Shown one piece after another: positions 53,208 to 63,548 of a DNA stretch of 64,000 bases; positions within the stretch are counted from its first letter, which is position 1, and every line of letters starts with the position of its first letter. The stretch comes from Spirochaetia bacterium (GTDB taxonomy: Bacteria; Spirochaetota; Spirochaetia; UBA9216). The notes under the pieces were generated by a model. The model was given only the letters and a program-made list of their open reading frames with translations. It searched no databases and was not told the DNA's origin. A program made the position numbers and the translations under genes. The DNA lies in contig OY776510.1 in the NCBI GenBank assembly GCA_963675665.1, positions 4,288,001 through 4,352,000 on the forward strand. Reading direction: 5' to 3'.

Positions 53208-56200
53208 CTATTCCTGCCTGTATAACCAAACCTTGATAAGTGATAGCAGCTTCTCACTGTCCACCGGCTTTGTCAGATAATCATTGGCACCCGCTTTAAG
53301 ACATTTTTCCCTGTCGCCCTTCATCGCCTTGGCAGTAAGCGCAATAACAGGTATATCTTTCATATCCTCATCTGCTTTCATTCTTCGTATAGCTTCATAG
53401 CCGTCCATTTCAGGCATCATTATATCCATCAGAACCAAATCAACATCATTATTTTCAGCAAGAAGCTTAAGCGCCTTTTCACCTGATTCAGCCTTTAATG
53501 TATCAAACCCCCTGGCGCCAAGAATTTTCGAGAGAGCAAACAGGGTCCGCATATCATCATCGACTATAAGTATTCGCCCTTCAACAAAAGCTACTCCCGA
53601 TTCTTTCATTACCGAATTGATTTGTTTCTTTGTGCTTACCCCCGATTCAACAACCTTGTGCAAAAAGAGCGAAACTTCATCTATAAGGCGGTTGTCGGAT
53701 CTTATATCCTTGATAATTATTGAACTGCTGTATTCATTAAGTATTATTTCTTCCTCTTCTGTAATATCTTTGCCGGTATAGATTATGACCGGAGGAAGAG
53801 GACTGTCGGTATCAAGCTTTCTTATCTTTTTAAGAAGTTCATTGCCGCTTATATCAGGCAGACCGAGATCAAGAATTAAACAATGGAAAGTATCGTTTTC
53901 AAGAAGCTTTAAAGCACCCTTGCCGGTCCGGACCTGTGTAACCTCTATGCTCTCGTCGGGAAATAATCCTGCAATATGCTTGCTCAAAACCTTGTCGTCT
54001 TCAATTATCAGAAGTTTTCTTACCCGGTCGGCACTCAATACCGATAATTTTCTAATTACATCATCTATCTGCTCTTTTGATACAGGTTTGTTCAGAAAAC
54101 CTATGGCACCTTCCTTGTAAACATCTATTGTCGGTGATTGCACGGAGATAATATGAACCGGAATATGCATAGTAAGTTTATTCTCCTTTAACCGCTTTAG
54201 AACCCCGTGACCGTCAATTCCGGGAAGCTGCATGTCAAGAATTATACCGTCGGGCAGGTATTTTGCTGCAAGAAAGACTCCTTTATACCCGTCAAGCGCG
54301 CTTATACACTTGTACCCTTCCTTTCTGCAATGTTTCATTACAATTTTCTGAAATTTGGCATCGTCTTCAATGATAAGGATTACCTTGTCATCATCAGTAA
54401 TAGAGGTGCGATCATCAGCAACCTCTTTTTCAGGCAAGAGTTCAGACTCAATTGTCTTCAGTTCTTCAGCAGGTACTTTATCCCCGATCTCTTTTTCATT
54501 CTTTACGTCTGTTACTATCAAATCGGTAGGTAGATACAGACTGAAACGGCTGCCCTCTCCGGGTTTGCTTTCCAGCTCTATTTCTCCCTGTAAAAGCGCG
54601 GCAAGTTCGCGGACAATCGATAGCCCGAGTCCCGTGCCTCCATACCGCCTGGAGGTGCTGCCGTCGGCCTGCTGGAAAGCTTCAAATATAATCTGTTGCT
54701 GTTCGCCGGATATACCTATCCCGGTATCAACAACATCAATTCGGATGCCTCCGACACTAATTCTATCCGATTTTGAAAAGACAACATTTACTTCTCCGAC
54801 CGAAGTAAATTTTATAGCATTACCTAAAAGGTTGCGAATTATCTGCTCCAGCCTCATATTGTCGGTTCGAATTGACTCCGGAGTTTCCTTATTTATAATT
54901 ACCGTAAAACCAATAGATTTTTCATTTGCCATCCTTAAGAAAGCTGTCTCAATGCTGTTTTTCAGATTGCTTAAATAAACCTGGTCAATATAAAGTTCGA
55001 GCCGTCCCGCTTCAATTCTTGAAAGGTCAAGAATCTGGTTTATAAGATTCAGCAGATCATTTCCGCCGTTATAAATAATTTCCGCAGATTCAACCTGATC
55101 ATCCGTTAAATTACCCTCTTCATTGCCTGCAAGCTCTTTGGCCAGCAGCAGCAGACTGTTCAGCGGAGTTCTTAATTCATGAGACATATTTGAAAGAAAC
55201 TCGGATTTATACTTGCTTGCAAGGATCAAATTCCTTGCCTTTTCTTCAAGTTTTTTTCTTGCTGCAGATATCTGATGCTGTTTTTCCTCAAGCAGATTGT
55301 TCTTTTCTTCCAGTTCAACATTAGATTCTTCAAGCTCTACCCTCTGCTCAAGAAGCTTTGATTCTGATATCCTCAGTTGCCGCGACTGCTCTTCCAGTTC
55401 CTCGTTTGATACACGAAGTTCTTCCTGCTGCGCCTGCAGCTCCTGCTTCTGTTCTTCGGTTTTTCGTAAAAGCGCCCTTTCCTGTTCCATACTTTGCAGA
55501 CTGCTCAACGCAATTGCTATGCTCTCGGAAATTTCTTCGAGGTAATTTTGAGTCAGCTTGCCAATCTCAGTGGTGAACGCAAGCTCTACAACACCTTTAA
55601 CATCTTTGGAATAAACCAGGGGTATTATTATTATCTTTTTCGGGACCGCCTTAACCATATCAGAACCGTAGTAGATATAATTTTCAGGCGGCTTATCTAC
55701 CACCCGGATTATTCTGTCTGCAGCAGCCTGACCGACAAACCCCTCATTGAGTGAAAAAGTATCCGGTACATCTTCATCCGTCAGATAGTTGTAAGCAGTT
55801 GTTCTTTTAAGCACTCCCTCTTTCATAATAAAGAATGCGCCTATATCGGCATGAGTATATTCACAAATTTCATTCAGTACATCGTTACAGAGTTTTTTAA
55901 TATCATCCCGACCCCTGATCGATTCCGCCATCCGGTTCTGGCCCGTCTGAAGCCAGTCCCTGATTTTCAGGTTTTCAGTCTGCTCTTCAAGCATATCCAT
56001 CATCTGATCATACGCCTGTGAGATAAGCCCGACTTCATCCTTTGTCTTGATATTCGTGCGCTCAGCAAGATTATCCGGACCAACGGCTTTTACTGCGGAA
56101 TTCAGCTTTGAAAGCGGGCCAGTTATAGATTTTGATATAAGAAACGATATGATAATCGCAACAGCAAGAATTATAAGCAATATAATATATGTCGTTGTTC

Positions 56201-57053
56201 TGAGTTTAAATACGCTCATAAGCACTTCTTCGGCTTTCTGCTCAATTATCAGCTTCCATGCTTCTTCATGACCTGGTATGGTTTCGGTTGCATATGCACA
56301 TAATGTATTTACGCCGTTTACTTTCTCCGCAAAAAATCCACGCGACTTCGAGGCTTTTAAATAAACCGGATCTTCCTTATGCTGTTCCAGCGGTCTGAAA
56401 GATCCGGTTGAATATAATAGCTGCCCCTGCCCGTTATACAGGCGAACCCTGGTTGTCTTATACACTTTGCCTTTAAGTTCCACTATATGGGTAAGTGTCG
56501 CCATATTTATATATGCCCTAAGTACTCCTGAAAAATTATTATCATCATCTTCAAGTTTAATTGAAACAGGAAAATACAATTCACCGGTTATTGCCGACTG
56601 CTCAATACCGTATTGGTGAAAACCTTCTTCAACAGTCGGAGCCCACCAGTGTTCATCCGAAAAAGTCCTTCCCACTTCATTTTCCACAGCCGTGTCGGCA
56701 ATACAGATACCTTCAGAATCCATCAGCTTTATCCTGTCGAAAATCTGGTACCCGTAGATGTAGAACATTTTTTTCATCAGATTTTCCTCGATGAATAATT
56801 CCACATTTTCAATTTCCCAGATTCTTGAAGCTGATGCGACCAGTAAAAGCTGTGATTGCTGTCTGTCAATTTCCATTTTTAAATCGGTAATATACCCATC
56901 TGCAAACTGCAGTGAATTCAACTGCACTTCTTCCGTCAAAGCTTTTACCGAAGCACCGGAAGAAAAGAACCCAAAGATTGCTATACATGCACAAAGGATA
57001 ATGAAACCTGACAACAATCTCGATTGTATACTGAACCCGATATTTTTATTCAT
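53208..57053 (-). CDS. Hybrid histidine kinase: Cache-like, HAMP, GAF, coiled coil, HisKA, HATPase and three REC domains
   Basis: 2 TM; KDEVG HAMP; GEG-like GAF; QQEEL/NEELEEQ heptads; MSHELRTPLN; GGTGLGL; three REC domains with conserved Asp. Confidence 0.92.
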   Translation of the reverse strand: MNKNIGFSIQSRLLSGFIILCACIAIFGFFSSGASVKALTEEVQLNSLQFADGYITDLKMEIDRQQSQLLLVASASRIWEIENVELFIEENLMKKMFYIYGYQIFDRIKLMDSEGICIADTAVENEVGRTFSDEHWWAPTVEEGFHQYGIEQSAITGELYFPVSIKLEDDDNNFSGVLRAYINMATLTHIVELKGKVYKTTRVRLYNGQGQLLYSTGSFRPLEQHKEDPVYLKASKSRGFFAEKVNGVNTLCAYATETIPGHEEAWKLIIEQKAEEVLMSVFKLRTTTYIILLIILAVAIIISFLISKSITGPLSKLNSAVKAVGPDNLAERTNIKTKDEVGLISQAYDQMMDMLEEQTENLKIRDWLQTGQNRMAESIRGRDDIKKLCNDVLNEICEYTHADIGAFFIMKEGVLKRTTAYNYLTDEDVPDTFSLNEGFVGQAAADRIIRVVDKPPENYIYYGSDMVKAVPKKIIIIPLVYSKDVKGVVELAFTTEIGKLTQNYLEEISESIAIALSSLQSMEQERALLRKTEEQKQELQAQQEELRVSNEELEEQSRQLRISESKLLEQRVELEESNVELEEKNNLLEEKQHQISAARKKLEEKARNLILASKYKSEFLSNMSHELRTPLNSLLLLAKELAGNEEGNLTDDQVESAEIIYNGGNDLLNLINQILDLSRIEAGRLELYIDQVYLSNLKNSIETAFLRMANEKSIGFTVIINKETPESIRTDNMRLEQIIRNLLGNAIKFTSVGEVNVVFSKSDRISVGGIRIDVVDTGIGISGEQQQIIFEAFQQADGSTSRRYGGTGLGLSIVRELAALLQGEIELESKPGEGSRFSLYLPTDLIVTDVKNEKEIGDKVPAEELKTIESELLPEKEVADDRTSITDDDKVILIIEDDAKFQKIVMKHCRKEGYKCISALDGYKGVFLAAKYLPDGIILDMQLPGIDGHGVLKRLKENKLTMHIPVHIISVQSPTIDVYKEGAIGFLNKPVSKEQIDDVIRKLSVLSADRVRKLLIIEDDKVLSKHIAGLFPDESIEVTQVRTGKGALKLLENDTFHCLILDLGLPDISGNELLKKIRKLDTDSPLPPVIIYTGKDITEEEEIILNEYSSSIIIKDIRSDNRLIDEVSLFLHKVVESGVSTKKQINSVMKESGVAFVEGRILIVDDDMRTLFALSKILGARGFDTLKAESGEKALKLLAENNDVDLVLMDIMMPEMDGYEAIRRMKADEDMKDIPVIALTAKAMKGDREKCLKAGANDYLTKPVDSEKLLSLIKVWLYRQE

Positions 57054-58137
57054 AACTCAGATTCCCGTTTTTAATAACCGCAGGCATCAGTTCAAAATCG
57101 AAATCTCTGCTTCCCTCTTTTACAAAGATCTTCCCAAGAGAACCAGTGTTAACGAAACCTCCCGACAACTGCGTCCTGATTTCTTCGCGGTTTATTTCTT
57201 TACCTTCCATCAAGGAAGCGAATATCTTTACTGCCTCGTAACCGTTTGCTCCGTAATGGTTCAAAGGCGTGTTAAATTCAGATTCGAATTTATCTTTAAG
57301 TTCGGCAGCATATGAATAATTACTGTTGTAGATAATCGGTGCGGAACAGCAGATTCCATCTGCAGCGGCAAGCTCTCTCACCTGTGTCTGGCTCGCCGAA
57401 CTGTGCGCCAGAATTACTCCATTATAATCTGCATCATGCAGCTGAATAAGAATATCAGACATATCGGTTGCATAACCGACAACATATACGGATTGTGCTT
57501 TTAGAATATCATCCATATTTTTACCGATATCAGTATTTTCAGGTTCATAAGCAAAACTGCTTATACTGACAGTATTCTCTGCTTTTATTGCTTCCTCAAA
57601 TAAATTCATTATGAAAATACCTAAGGCGTCATTTCTGTATATAACGGCTACATTCTTCAGTCTTTTTTTATCGATGAAATACATAATAGGAGGTATTTCC
57701 TTTGCTGCAGAGACATAAAATCTAAAAATGCAGTCGCCGGTTTTCGTTATCTCTGTATTTGAGCTTACAAGACAAAGCAGGGGCACTTTATTCTGTTGTG
57801 CAAGCGGGGCTATGGCCAACGAGATTGAACTTAAAGCTGTAATGTATATTTCAGGATTATACTCCTGCTCAAGTTCATTAAAAAGCTCAACCGCTTTTTC
57901 CTGACTGGTTTCATTATCCCGGACAATCAGTTCGACAGGACGCTCATTAATACCGCCCCATTCATTCAGTTCTTCAGCAGCAAGCCTTATGCCGTCTGTG
58001 GTTTCAGACATATGGGAACCCGATCCGGTTGAGGATATTATTACAGCAATCCTTACGGGATCATTCTTTACACATGAGGACATAAATACTGCAACCACCA
58101 CCGAAAAGATTAAGAATAATTCAAATTTCTTTTTCAT
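57046..58137 (-). CDS. Branched-chain-amino-acid-type (Peripla_BP_6-like) substrate-binding lipoprotein, orphan
   Basis: Lipobox FMSSC; GGINERPVELIVRD; FRF; ANGYEAV; no transporter genes adjacent. Confidence 0.85.
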   Translation of the reverse strand: MKKKFELFLIFSVVVAVFMSSCVKNDPVRIAVIISSTGSGSHMSETTDGIRLAAEELNEWGGINERPVELIVRDNETSQEKAVELFNELEQEYNPEIYITALSSISLAIAPLAQQNKVPLLCLVSSNTEITKTGDCIFRFYVSAAKEIPPIMYFIDKKRLKNVAVIYRNDALGIFIMNLFEEAIKAENTVSISSFAYEPENTDIGKNMDDILKAQSVYVVGYATDMSDILIQLHDADYNGVILAHSSASQTQVRELAAADGICCSAPIIYNSNYSYAAELKDKFESEFNTPLNHYGANGYEAVKIFASLMEGKEINREEIRTQLSGGFVNTGSLGKIFVKEGSRDFDFELMPAVIKNGNLSYE

Positions 58138-58157
58138 AATGTATATTCTCCCCATTT

Positions 58158-59330
58158 TTATTCTTTTTCCGAATTCACAGGAAAAGTCAGAATCACATCG
58201 GTTCCTGTTCCGGGTTCACTCTTAATCTCCAGACGGCCACTGTTTCTGCACACTACGCCGTATACCTTGCTTAAACCCAGACCGTTAAACTTCGGCCCCT
58301 TGGTTGTGTAATAAGGTTCACAGCAATGTTTGCTCAACTCTTCGGTCATTCCGCACCCTTTGTCGGAAATGATAATATCCGCAAACGAACCGTCAATCAC
58401 TGATGAAATCTTTATTGCGCTGCCGTTTTCCGAAGCTTCAATCGAATTAGCAACAACCTCTTTAAGAATCTCCGTCAACTCGGCGTCTTTACCTGATATC
58501 TTTGTCCCGTTTGTGTCGGAACTGATAATAATCTTTAATTTTTTATTGATTACCCTTTCATCCGATTTGAAATATTCACCAACGGATTTTAAAAGAACTG
58601 CGACCTCCACATCTCCTGTTATCGAATTCTGATCACTGCTTTTAATATGAAATTCATCCAGTTTCTTTATGCTTCTTTCAATCTGCTCAGCAGACTGGAT
58701 TATCTTCTGAATATAATTAATGGAACCGGAATCTTTGCCGTTTAACCTTTCCAGAAGGGCCTCGGCATATATCATGACGGGAGACAGGGAATTATTTATA
58801 TCATGAGAAATACCGCTTGAGATGAAATCGAGAACCTTCAAACGTTCATTATAAATCTGTTCGTTCTGCATCCGGCTTAATTCATTCAGGGCGTGTTCAA
58901 GTTCTTTTGTTCGTTCTTTTACAAGATCTTCCAGTTCTTCCTGATACCTTTTGTTCTCAGCTTCCAGGCATTTAAGCTTTAATGCATTTTTTACGGATTT
59001 TATAATGGAATTCTTGTCGACGGGTTTAAAAAGATAATCACAGGCTCCAAGCCGCAAGGCTTCAGTTGCAGTTGACACATTTGGTTCTCCGGTAATAACA
59101 ATAACCTTAACGCATGGGCAAACAGTAAGGATTTCTTTAATCAGTTCAACACCGTTAATTCCGGGAAGAAGAATATCGGTAACTATCACATCAAAACAGG
59201 CGGTCTTTATTCTATCAAGAGCGGATTCAGCCTCTCCGACGGTCTCTACGTCATACCCTTCCTTCTCAAGGAATTTTTGCAATGTGAACCTTATACTCTG
59301 CTCATCGTCTACAATCATTATACTATTCAT
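58158..59330 (-). CDS. REC-histidine kinase
   Basis: VDDE..TDILLP; ISHDINNSL; DKGCG; EPYYTTK; GLGLS. Confidence 0.9.
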   Translation of the reverse strand: MNSIMIVDDEQSIRFTLQKFLEKEGYDVETVGEAESALDRIKTACFDVIVTDILLPGINGVELIKEILTVCPCVKVIVITGEPNVSTATEALRLGACDYLFKPVDKNSIIKSVKNALKLKCLEAENKRYQEELEDLVKERTKELEHALNELSRMQNEQIYNERLKVLDFISSGISHDINNSLSPVMIYAEALLERLNGKDSGSINYIQKIIQSAEQIERSIKKLDEFHIKSSDQNSITGDVEVAVLLKSVGEYFKSDERVINKKLKIIISSDTNGTKISGKDAELTEILKEVVANSIEASENGSAIKISSVIDGSFADIIISDKGCGMTEELSKHCCEPYYTTKGPKFNGLGLSKVYGVVCRNSGRLEIKSEPGTGTDVILTFPVNSEKE

Positions 59331-60430
59331 GATTCGGAACCTGTTCTGGAATTACAGTTAAGCTTGTTCATTATTTCTACCAGATCTTCAATGATATTGA
59401 AAAATGAGTCCGTCACATCCGGATCAAAATGAGAAGCCCTTCCGTTTTTTATTATCTCCGTCGCTTTCTCAACACTAAAAGCTTCTTTATAAGGTCTTTT
59501 GGTCGTCAAGGCATCAAAAACATCAGCAATGGCACATATTCTGCCTTCAACAGGTATTTCAGCTCCCTTAAGTCCTTCCGGATAACCCGAACCGTCCCAC
59601 TTTTCATGGTGCGTAAGGGCAATTACGCGGCCTTTTCTGATAAAGTCATTATTGGAACCCTGCAGTATTTCTGCCCCGATAAACGTGTGCATCTTCATCT
59701 GTTCCCATTCTTCTGAATTGAGCTTTCCTTTCTTCAGAAGGATGTTGTCGGGAATTCCGATCTTACCGATATCATGCATCGATGATGTGTACAGAATTAA
59801 TTCTACTTCGAAATCCGGAAGCCCCATTTCTGCAGCGACTGCAGCCGCATAGCTGCTCATACGCTGTATATGTGTTGCAGTATCCTCGTCCTTATATTCA
59901 GCAGCTCTTGACAGTCTGTGAATTGTATCGAGCGACGCGGTTTTTATTTTAGATAATGCCTGTTCCAGTTGCTGCGTTCTGTCTGCCACCTGCTTTTCCA
60001 GTTCTTTCTGGTAGTTCATCATATGATCGTTATATGCTTTAACTTTTAGTAATGATCTTACTCTTGCGGATAATTCAGCAAAATGGGGAGGTTTTACAAG
60101 AAAATCGTCGGCCCCTGCTTTCAGGGCTTCTATTCTGAGCTCCTGGTCATTCTGTCCCGTTACAATTATGATTGGAATATGCTTCAGTTTATTATTATTT
60201 TTAAGCTTCTTTGTTATTTCAAGACCATTAATGCCAGGCATGTTAATATCAAGAAGCACTACGTCAACTGACTCTGGTGTTATTTGGTCGAGAACCGACA
60301 GCCCGTCATATGCTTCAATAACATCATATCCTTCCAAATCAAGAATATCATGCAAAGATTTTCTTATCTTAGGTTCATCATCAGCTACCATAATTATTGC
60401 TGCTTTTTCAGACTTTTTTTCCCTATTCAT
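59327..60430 (-). CDS. REC-HD-GYP cyclic-dinucleotide phosphodiesterase (RpfG-like)
   Basis: REC; HIQRM; HDIGKIG; HHEKWDGSGYP; DVFDALTTKRPYK. Confidence 0.95.
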   Translation of the reverse strand: MNREKKSEKAAIIMVADDEPKIRKSLHDILDLEGYDVIEAYDGLSVLDQITPESVDVVLLDINMPGINGLEITKKLKNNNKLKHIPIIIVTGQNDQELRIEALKAGADDFLVKPPHFAELSARVRSLLKVKAYNDHMMNYQKELEKQVADRTQQLEQALSKIKTASLDTIHRLSRAAEYKDEDTATHIQRMSSYAAAVAAEMGLPDFEVELILYTSSMHDIGKIGIPDNILLKKGKLNSEEWEQMKMHTFIGAEILQGSNNDFIRKGRVIALTHHEKWDGSGYPEGLKGAEIPVEGRICAIADVFDALTTKRPYKEAFSVEKATEIIKNGRASHFDPDVTDSFFNIIEDLVEIMNKLNCNSRTGSES

Positions 60431-60433
60431 AAC

Positions 60434-63037
60434 TCACCGGCCTCTGTCCGAAACCCTGCCTAAAACTTCCCGCAGGGTTTTAATGCGCGGAGGTTTCGGA
60501 ATGACACAGAACAGTGCATCCGATTGCTGCTCCGCATTTTTCATTTGATGTCCCCATCCGGAAAGCATTACTATAGGGATGTCCGGGTATAATTGTTTTA
60601 TTTCACCGGCTAATTGGTATCCGTCCATTCCCGGCATACCCAGATCCGTAATAATTACATCCGGAAGCGAATTGATCTTGTACATTGATTTAAGCGTATA
60701 TAATGCTTCCAGTCCGCTTTCAACAACAGTTACAAAATGCCCATCTATTGAAAACATCTCTTTTAATCCCTCCAGGATTCTGTAATCGTCGTCAACGCAT
60801 AAAATTTTCATGGGACTGCTGCAGATTTTTTCATCCTCATTACAAAGTCTATTTCTTTCGGAATCAGCCGCAGTTTCTGAAGTGTTGAAAAATAAATTGA
60901 CTGAAGTGCCCTCTCCTGCAGTACTGTTCACCTGCATTTCCCCATTATGCCGCTGAACCATACCGTAAACTTCAGCCAGACCAAGGCCGGTTCCGGCAGC
61001 TCCCTTTGTAGTAAAAAAAGGTTCCATACATTGAGTTAACTGCTCTTTGCTCATTCCAAGTCCGTTATCTGTAACGCTTATCTGAATTTTGCCGCCATTA
61101 AGCTCTTCAGCAAGTATGATTTCTCCACCGTCAGGCATTGCGTCTACCGAATTGAATATACAGTTCATCAGTGATTCTCTGATATCGCTCCGAACTCCAT
61201 TGATTTCAACAGCGTCATCTTCCAAACTCTTTTTTAAAATTATGGAAACTCCCTTTTTATTCGGAATAGTTTTCCATTTCGGTCTTGTCAGTTCAATCAC
61301 ATCATCAAATAGCTCATCTATATTGAGCAACTCCATGTTTTCTTCTTTGTTCTGCTTATAAAAGGTTCTCAGTCTCTGAGTTACATTTTCAATATCTGCC
61401 ACAGCGTTCTGAATATTTCTTAAATATTTTTGTGCCCTGTCGCTGAGACCGATTTCAGTTTCAATCAATGCCTCTGTATACAGTGTAATTGGTGCGAGCG
61501 TATTATTAATATCATGTGTAATTCCACTTGCAATCTGGCCCATTGCCTTGATACGTTCCTGCTTTTTAATTGCCTCCTGGGCTTTTACCAGTTGCGCAAA
61601 GGAATCCTGCGCCTGATTCAGCAGGTTAATATTGGTATTTAGAAGAGATAAAAATTCTGATACTCCTTTTAAAAAGTAAAGATGATTATCATTCAGAAAT
61701 CCATTCTTAACCGCCATTATCAGATTACCTGTCAACCTGTCATTATTGATAATCGGAAGCAGAATTATTTCATTTTTACCTTTATCGATAAGGTTTTTGA
61801 CATAGATTGTAAAATCAGATTCCTCACTGTTCAGCCGCGGATCGGATTCCTGCAGGATAATAATCCTGTGGGTATCGCTGTTTAAAATATGAAAGTCCGA
61901 AGATTTTAATGCCAGATTATGAGTAATGAAATTGTTTTCTTTTAATATCTTAAATTTAAAATTACTGTTATCACTACCTATTGTACAGAATCCGACATAG
62001 CCCGGATTAAAATAATCGTTCAATTTCAGTAAAAAGCATTCATGAAGTTCATTCTCGTCTGCAATTCCTGCAATATCAATAAAGAAACTATTCAGCTTCT
62101 CCATCCATTCCGCTTTCAGATTAAGTTCCAGATGAGCTTTATCAAGCTTTAAATATGTGGTTAAAAAAGCTTCTTCTGATTTTTTCCTTGTTGTTATATC
62201 CTCAATTGAAACTTCACAATACTGCTGGCCGTCAAAACCTTCAATCAGGTTGGCGTTCTCTGAAATCCAGAGCATCTCTCCTTTTTTGCCTTTGAATCGG
62301 GTTTCCAGGTAATTGACTGCTCCGGTCCTCTCAAGCTGGTTCTGCCACTCAATTCTGTCTTCCGGGTTCTCATAATATTTCAGGATGTCTCCGCCCTTTA
62401 GTTCTTCAGGTTTTTTAATCCCCAGAAGCTCCAGCATCTTCCTGTTCATTTCAACAATTCGTTCCATTGAGTCGGTAACATAAAGACCTACCGGAAGATT
62501 GTTAAAAAGATTTTTATATTTGATTTCACTCTCTAAATGTTTTTCCCTGTCCCGCATATTGCAGAAAGTTATTGAAACATTCTTTGCAAAAATTGACGAT
62601 AATTCTATATCTTCATCAATAAATCCGCCCGGTTTATTAGCCAGTCCCATAATTCCAAGTAATTCTTCTTTATAAATAATTGGAGCGAACAGTACGTTAT
62701 CCAGTTTAACATGTCCTGACGGAAGCAGTTCTTTCCATTTGCTTGATTCATAATCATTATCGTAAACAGCGCTCCTCAGCCTGCAGCATTTCTCCCTTAA
62801 GCCCCTTATGGGCATCGGTAATCCCGGGTCGACACTACAGGGACGATTGCCGCTGTCCAGGAAAACAACTTCGTTTTCATTTTTATCGGCGTTGAGCAAG
62901 GCAATATATCCTGAATCGGCGCCGACTATATCTTTACAGGCTGTAAATATTATTTCTGCTGCTTCAGAAAAGGTTTTGCAATCATTAGCCTCCTGCGCAG
63001 CTGAGAAAAAGTTTATAAACTTTGATTGTTCAACCAT
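60434..63037 (-). CDS. Cytoplasmic hybrid kinase GAF-PAS-GAF-like-HisKA-HATPase-REC
   Basis: GAF (LANKPGGF), PAS, ITHDINNTL, EPFFTTKG..GTGLGL, REC TDLGMP. Confidence 0.9.
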   Translation of the reverse strand: MVEQSKFINFFSAAQEANDCKTFSEAAEIIFTACKDIVGADSGYIALLNADKNENEVVFLDSGNRPCSVDPGLPMPIRGLREKCCRLRSAVYDNDYESSKWKELLPSGHVKLDNVLFAPIIYKEELLGIMGLANKPGGFIDEDIELSSIFAKNVSITFCNMRDREKHLESEIKYKNLFNNLPVGLYVTDSMERIVEMNRKMLELLGIKKPEELKGGDILKYYENPEDRIEWQNQLERTGAVNYLETRFKGKKGEMLWISENANLIEGFDGQQYCEVSIEDITTRKKSEEAFLTTYLKLDKAHLELNLKAEWMEKLNSFFIDIAGIADENELHECFLLKLNDYFNPGYVGFCTIGSDNSNFKFKILKENNFITHNLALKSSDFHILNSDTHRIIILQESDPRLNSEESDFTIYVKNLIDKGKNEIILLPIINNDRLTGNLIMAVKNGFLNDNHLYFLKGVSEFLSLLNTNINLLNQAQDSFAQLVKAQEAIKKQERIKAMGQIASGITHDINNTLAPITLYTEALIETEIGLSDRAQKYLRNIQNAVADIENVTQRLRTFYKQNKEENMELLNIDELFDDVIELTRPKWKTIPNKKGVSIILKKSLEDDAVEINGVRSDIRESLMNCIFNSVDAMPDGGEIILAEELNGGKIQISVTDNGLGMSKEQLTQCMEPFFTTKGAAGTGLGLAEVYGMVQRHNGEMQVNSTAGEGTSVNLFFNTSETAADSERNRLCNEDEKICSSPMKILCVDDDYRILEGLKEMFSIDGHFVTVVESGLEALYTLKSMYKINSLPDVIITDLGMPGMDGYQLAGEIKQLYPDIPIVMLSGWGHQMKNAEQQSDALFCVIPKPPRIKTLREVLGRVSDRGR

Positions 63038-63046
63038 GGTAATACC

Positions 63047-63445
63047 TCAATAATCAACAGGAGCAGCTTTTGATTTATTCAAACCATTTACAAATTCCTT
63101 AACAAGCCTGACTGCATCTTTGTGTTCTTTGGCTTTATCAAAAAAATAATCACACCCGTCTTCAAAACATTTCTTTCGGCTCAAACCATCAGAACTGTTT
63201 GTTAAAACAATAATTACCGGTTTGATTGTTTTATCACGCAGATATTTCAGCACATCATATCCTGATCCTTCCGGCATTCTTAAATCAAGCAGAAGAATAT
63301 CCGGGTTGTATTCTTCAATCTTGTTTATTGTGGACTTTGCGGTTGTCGATTCAATTATTGATAGTGACGTGATGTTCTGAAGGAGTCTTTTAATATTTTT
63401 TCTAACCAGAGTTGAGTCGTCAGCTATTAAAAGTTTGATAATCAT
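63047..63445 (-). CDS. Single-domain response regulator
   Basis: ADD, LLDLRMP, VLT, FFDK. Confidence 0.9.
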   Translation of the reverse strand: MIIKLLIADDSTLVRKNIKRLLQNITSLSIIESTTAKSTINKIEEYNPDILLLDLRMPEGSGYDVLKYLRDKTIKPVIIVLTNSSDGLSRKKCFEDGCDYFFDKAKEHKDAVRLVKEFVNGLNKSKAAPVDY

Positions 63446-63548
63446 AATCAGCCATTCCCAAAATGTTTCCAGTTAGAGTGTAAACAATAAAAATTCGGTT
63501 TGATATAATGAAAATGTTGATTTTTTTGTAGTCATTTTAACTACAGTC

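Noticed and set aside
55240-55480. Repetitive-looking DNA (ttcttc/ctgctc runs)
   Set aside because: Explained by the Glu/Gln/Leu heptad coiled coil of the kinase; not a DNA repeat or CRISPR array.
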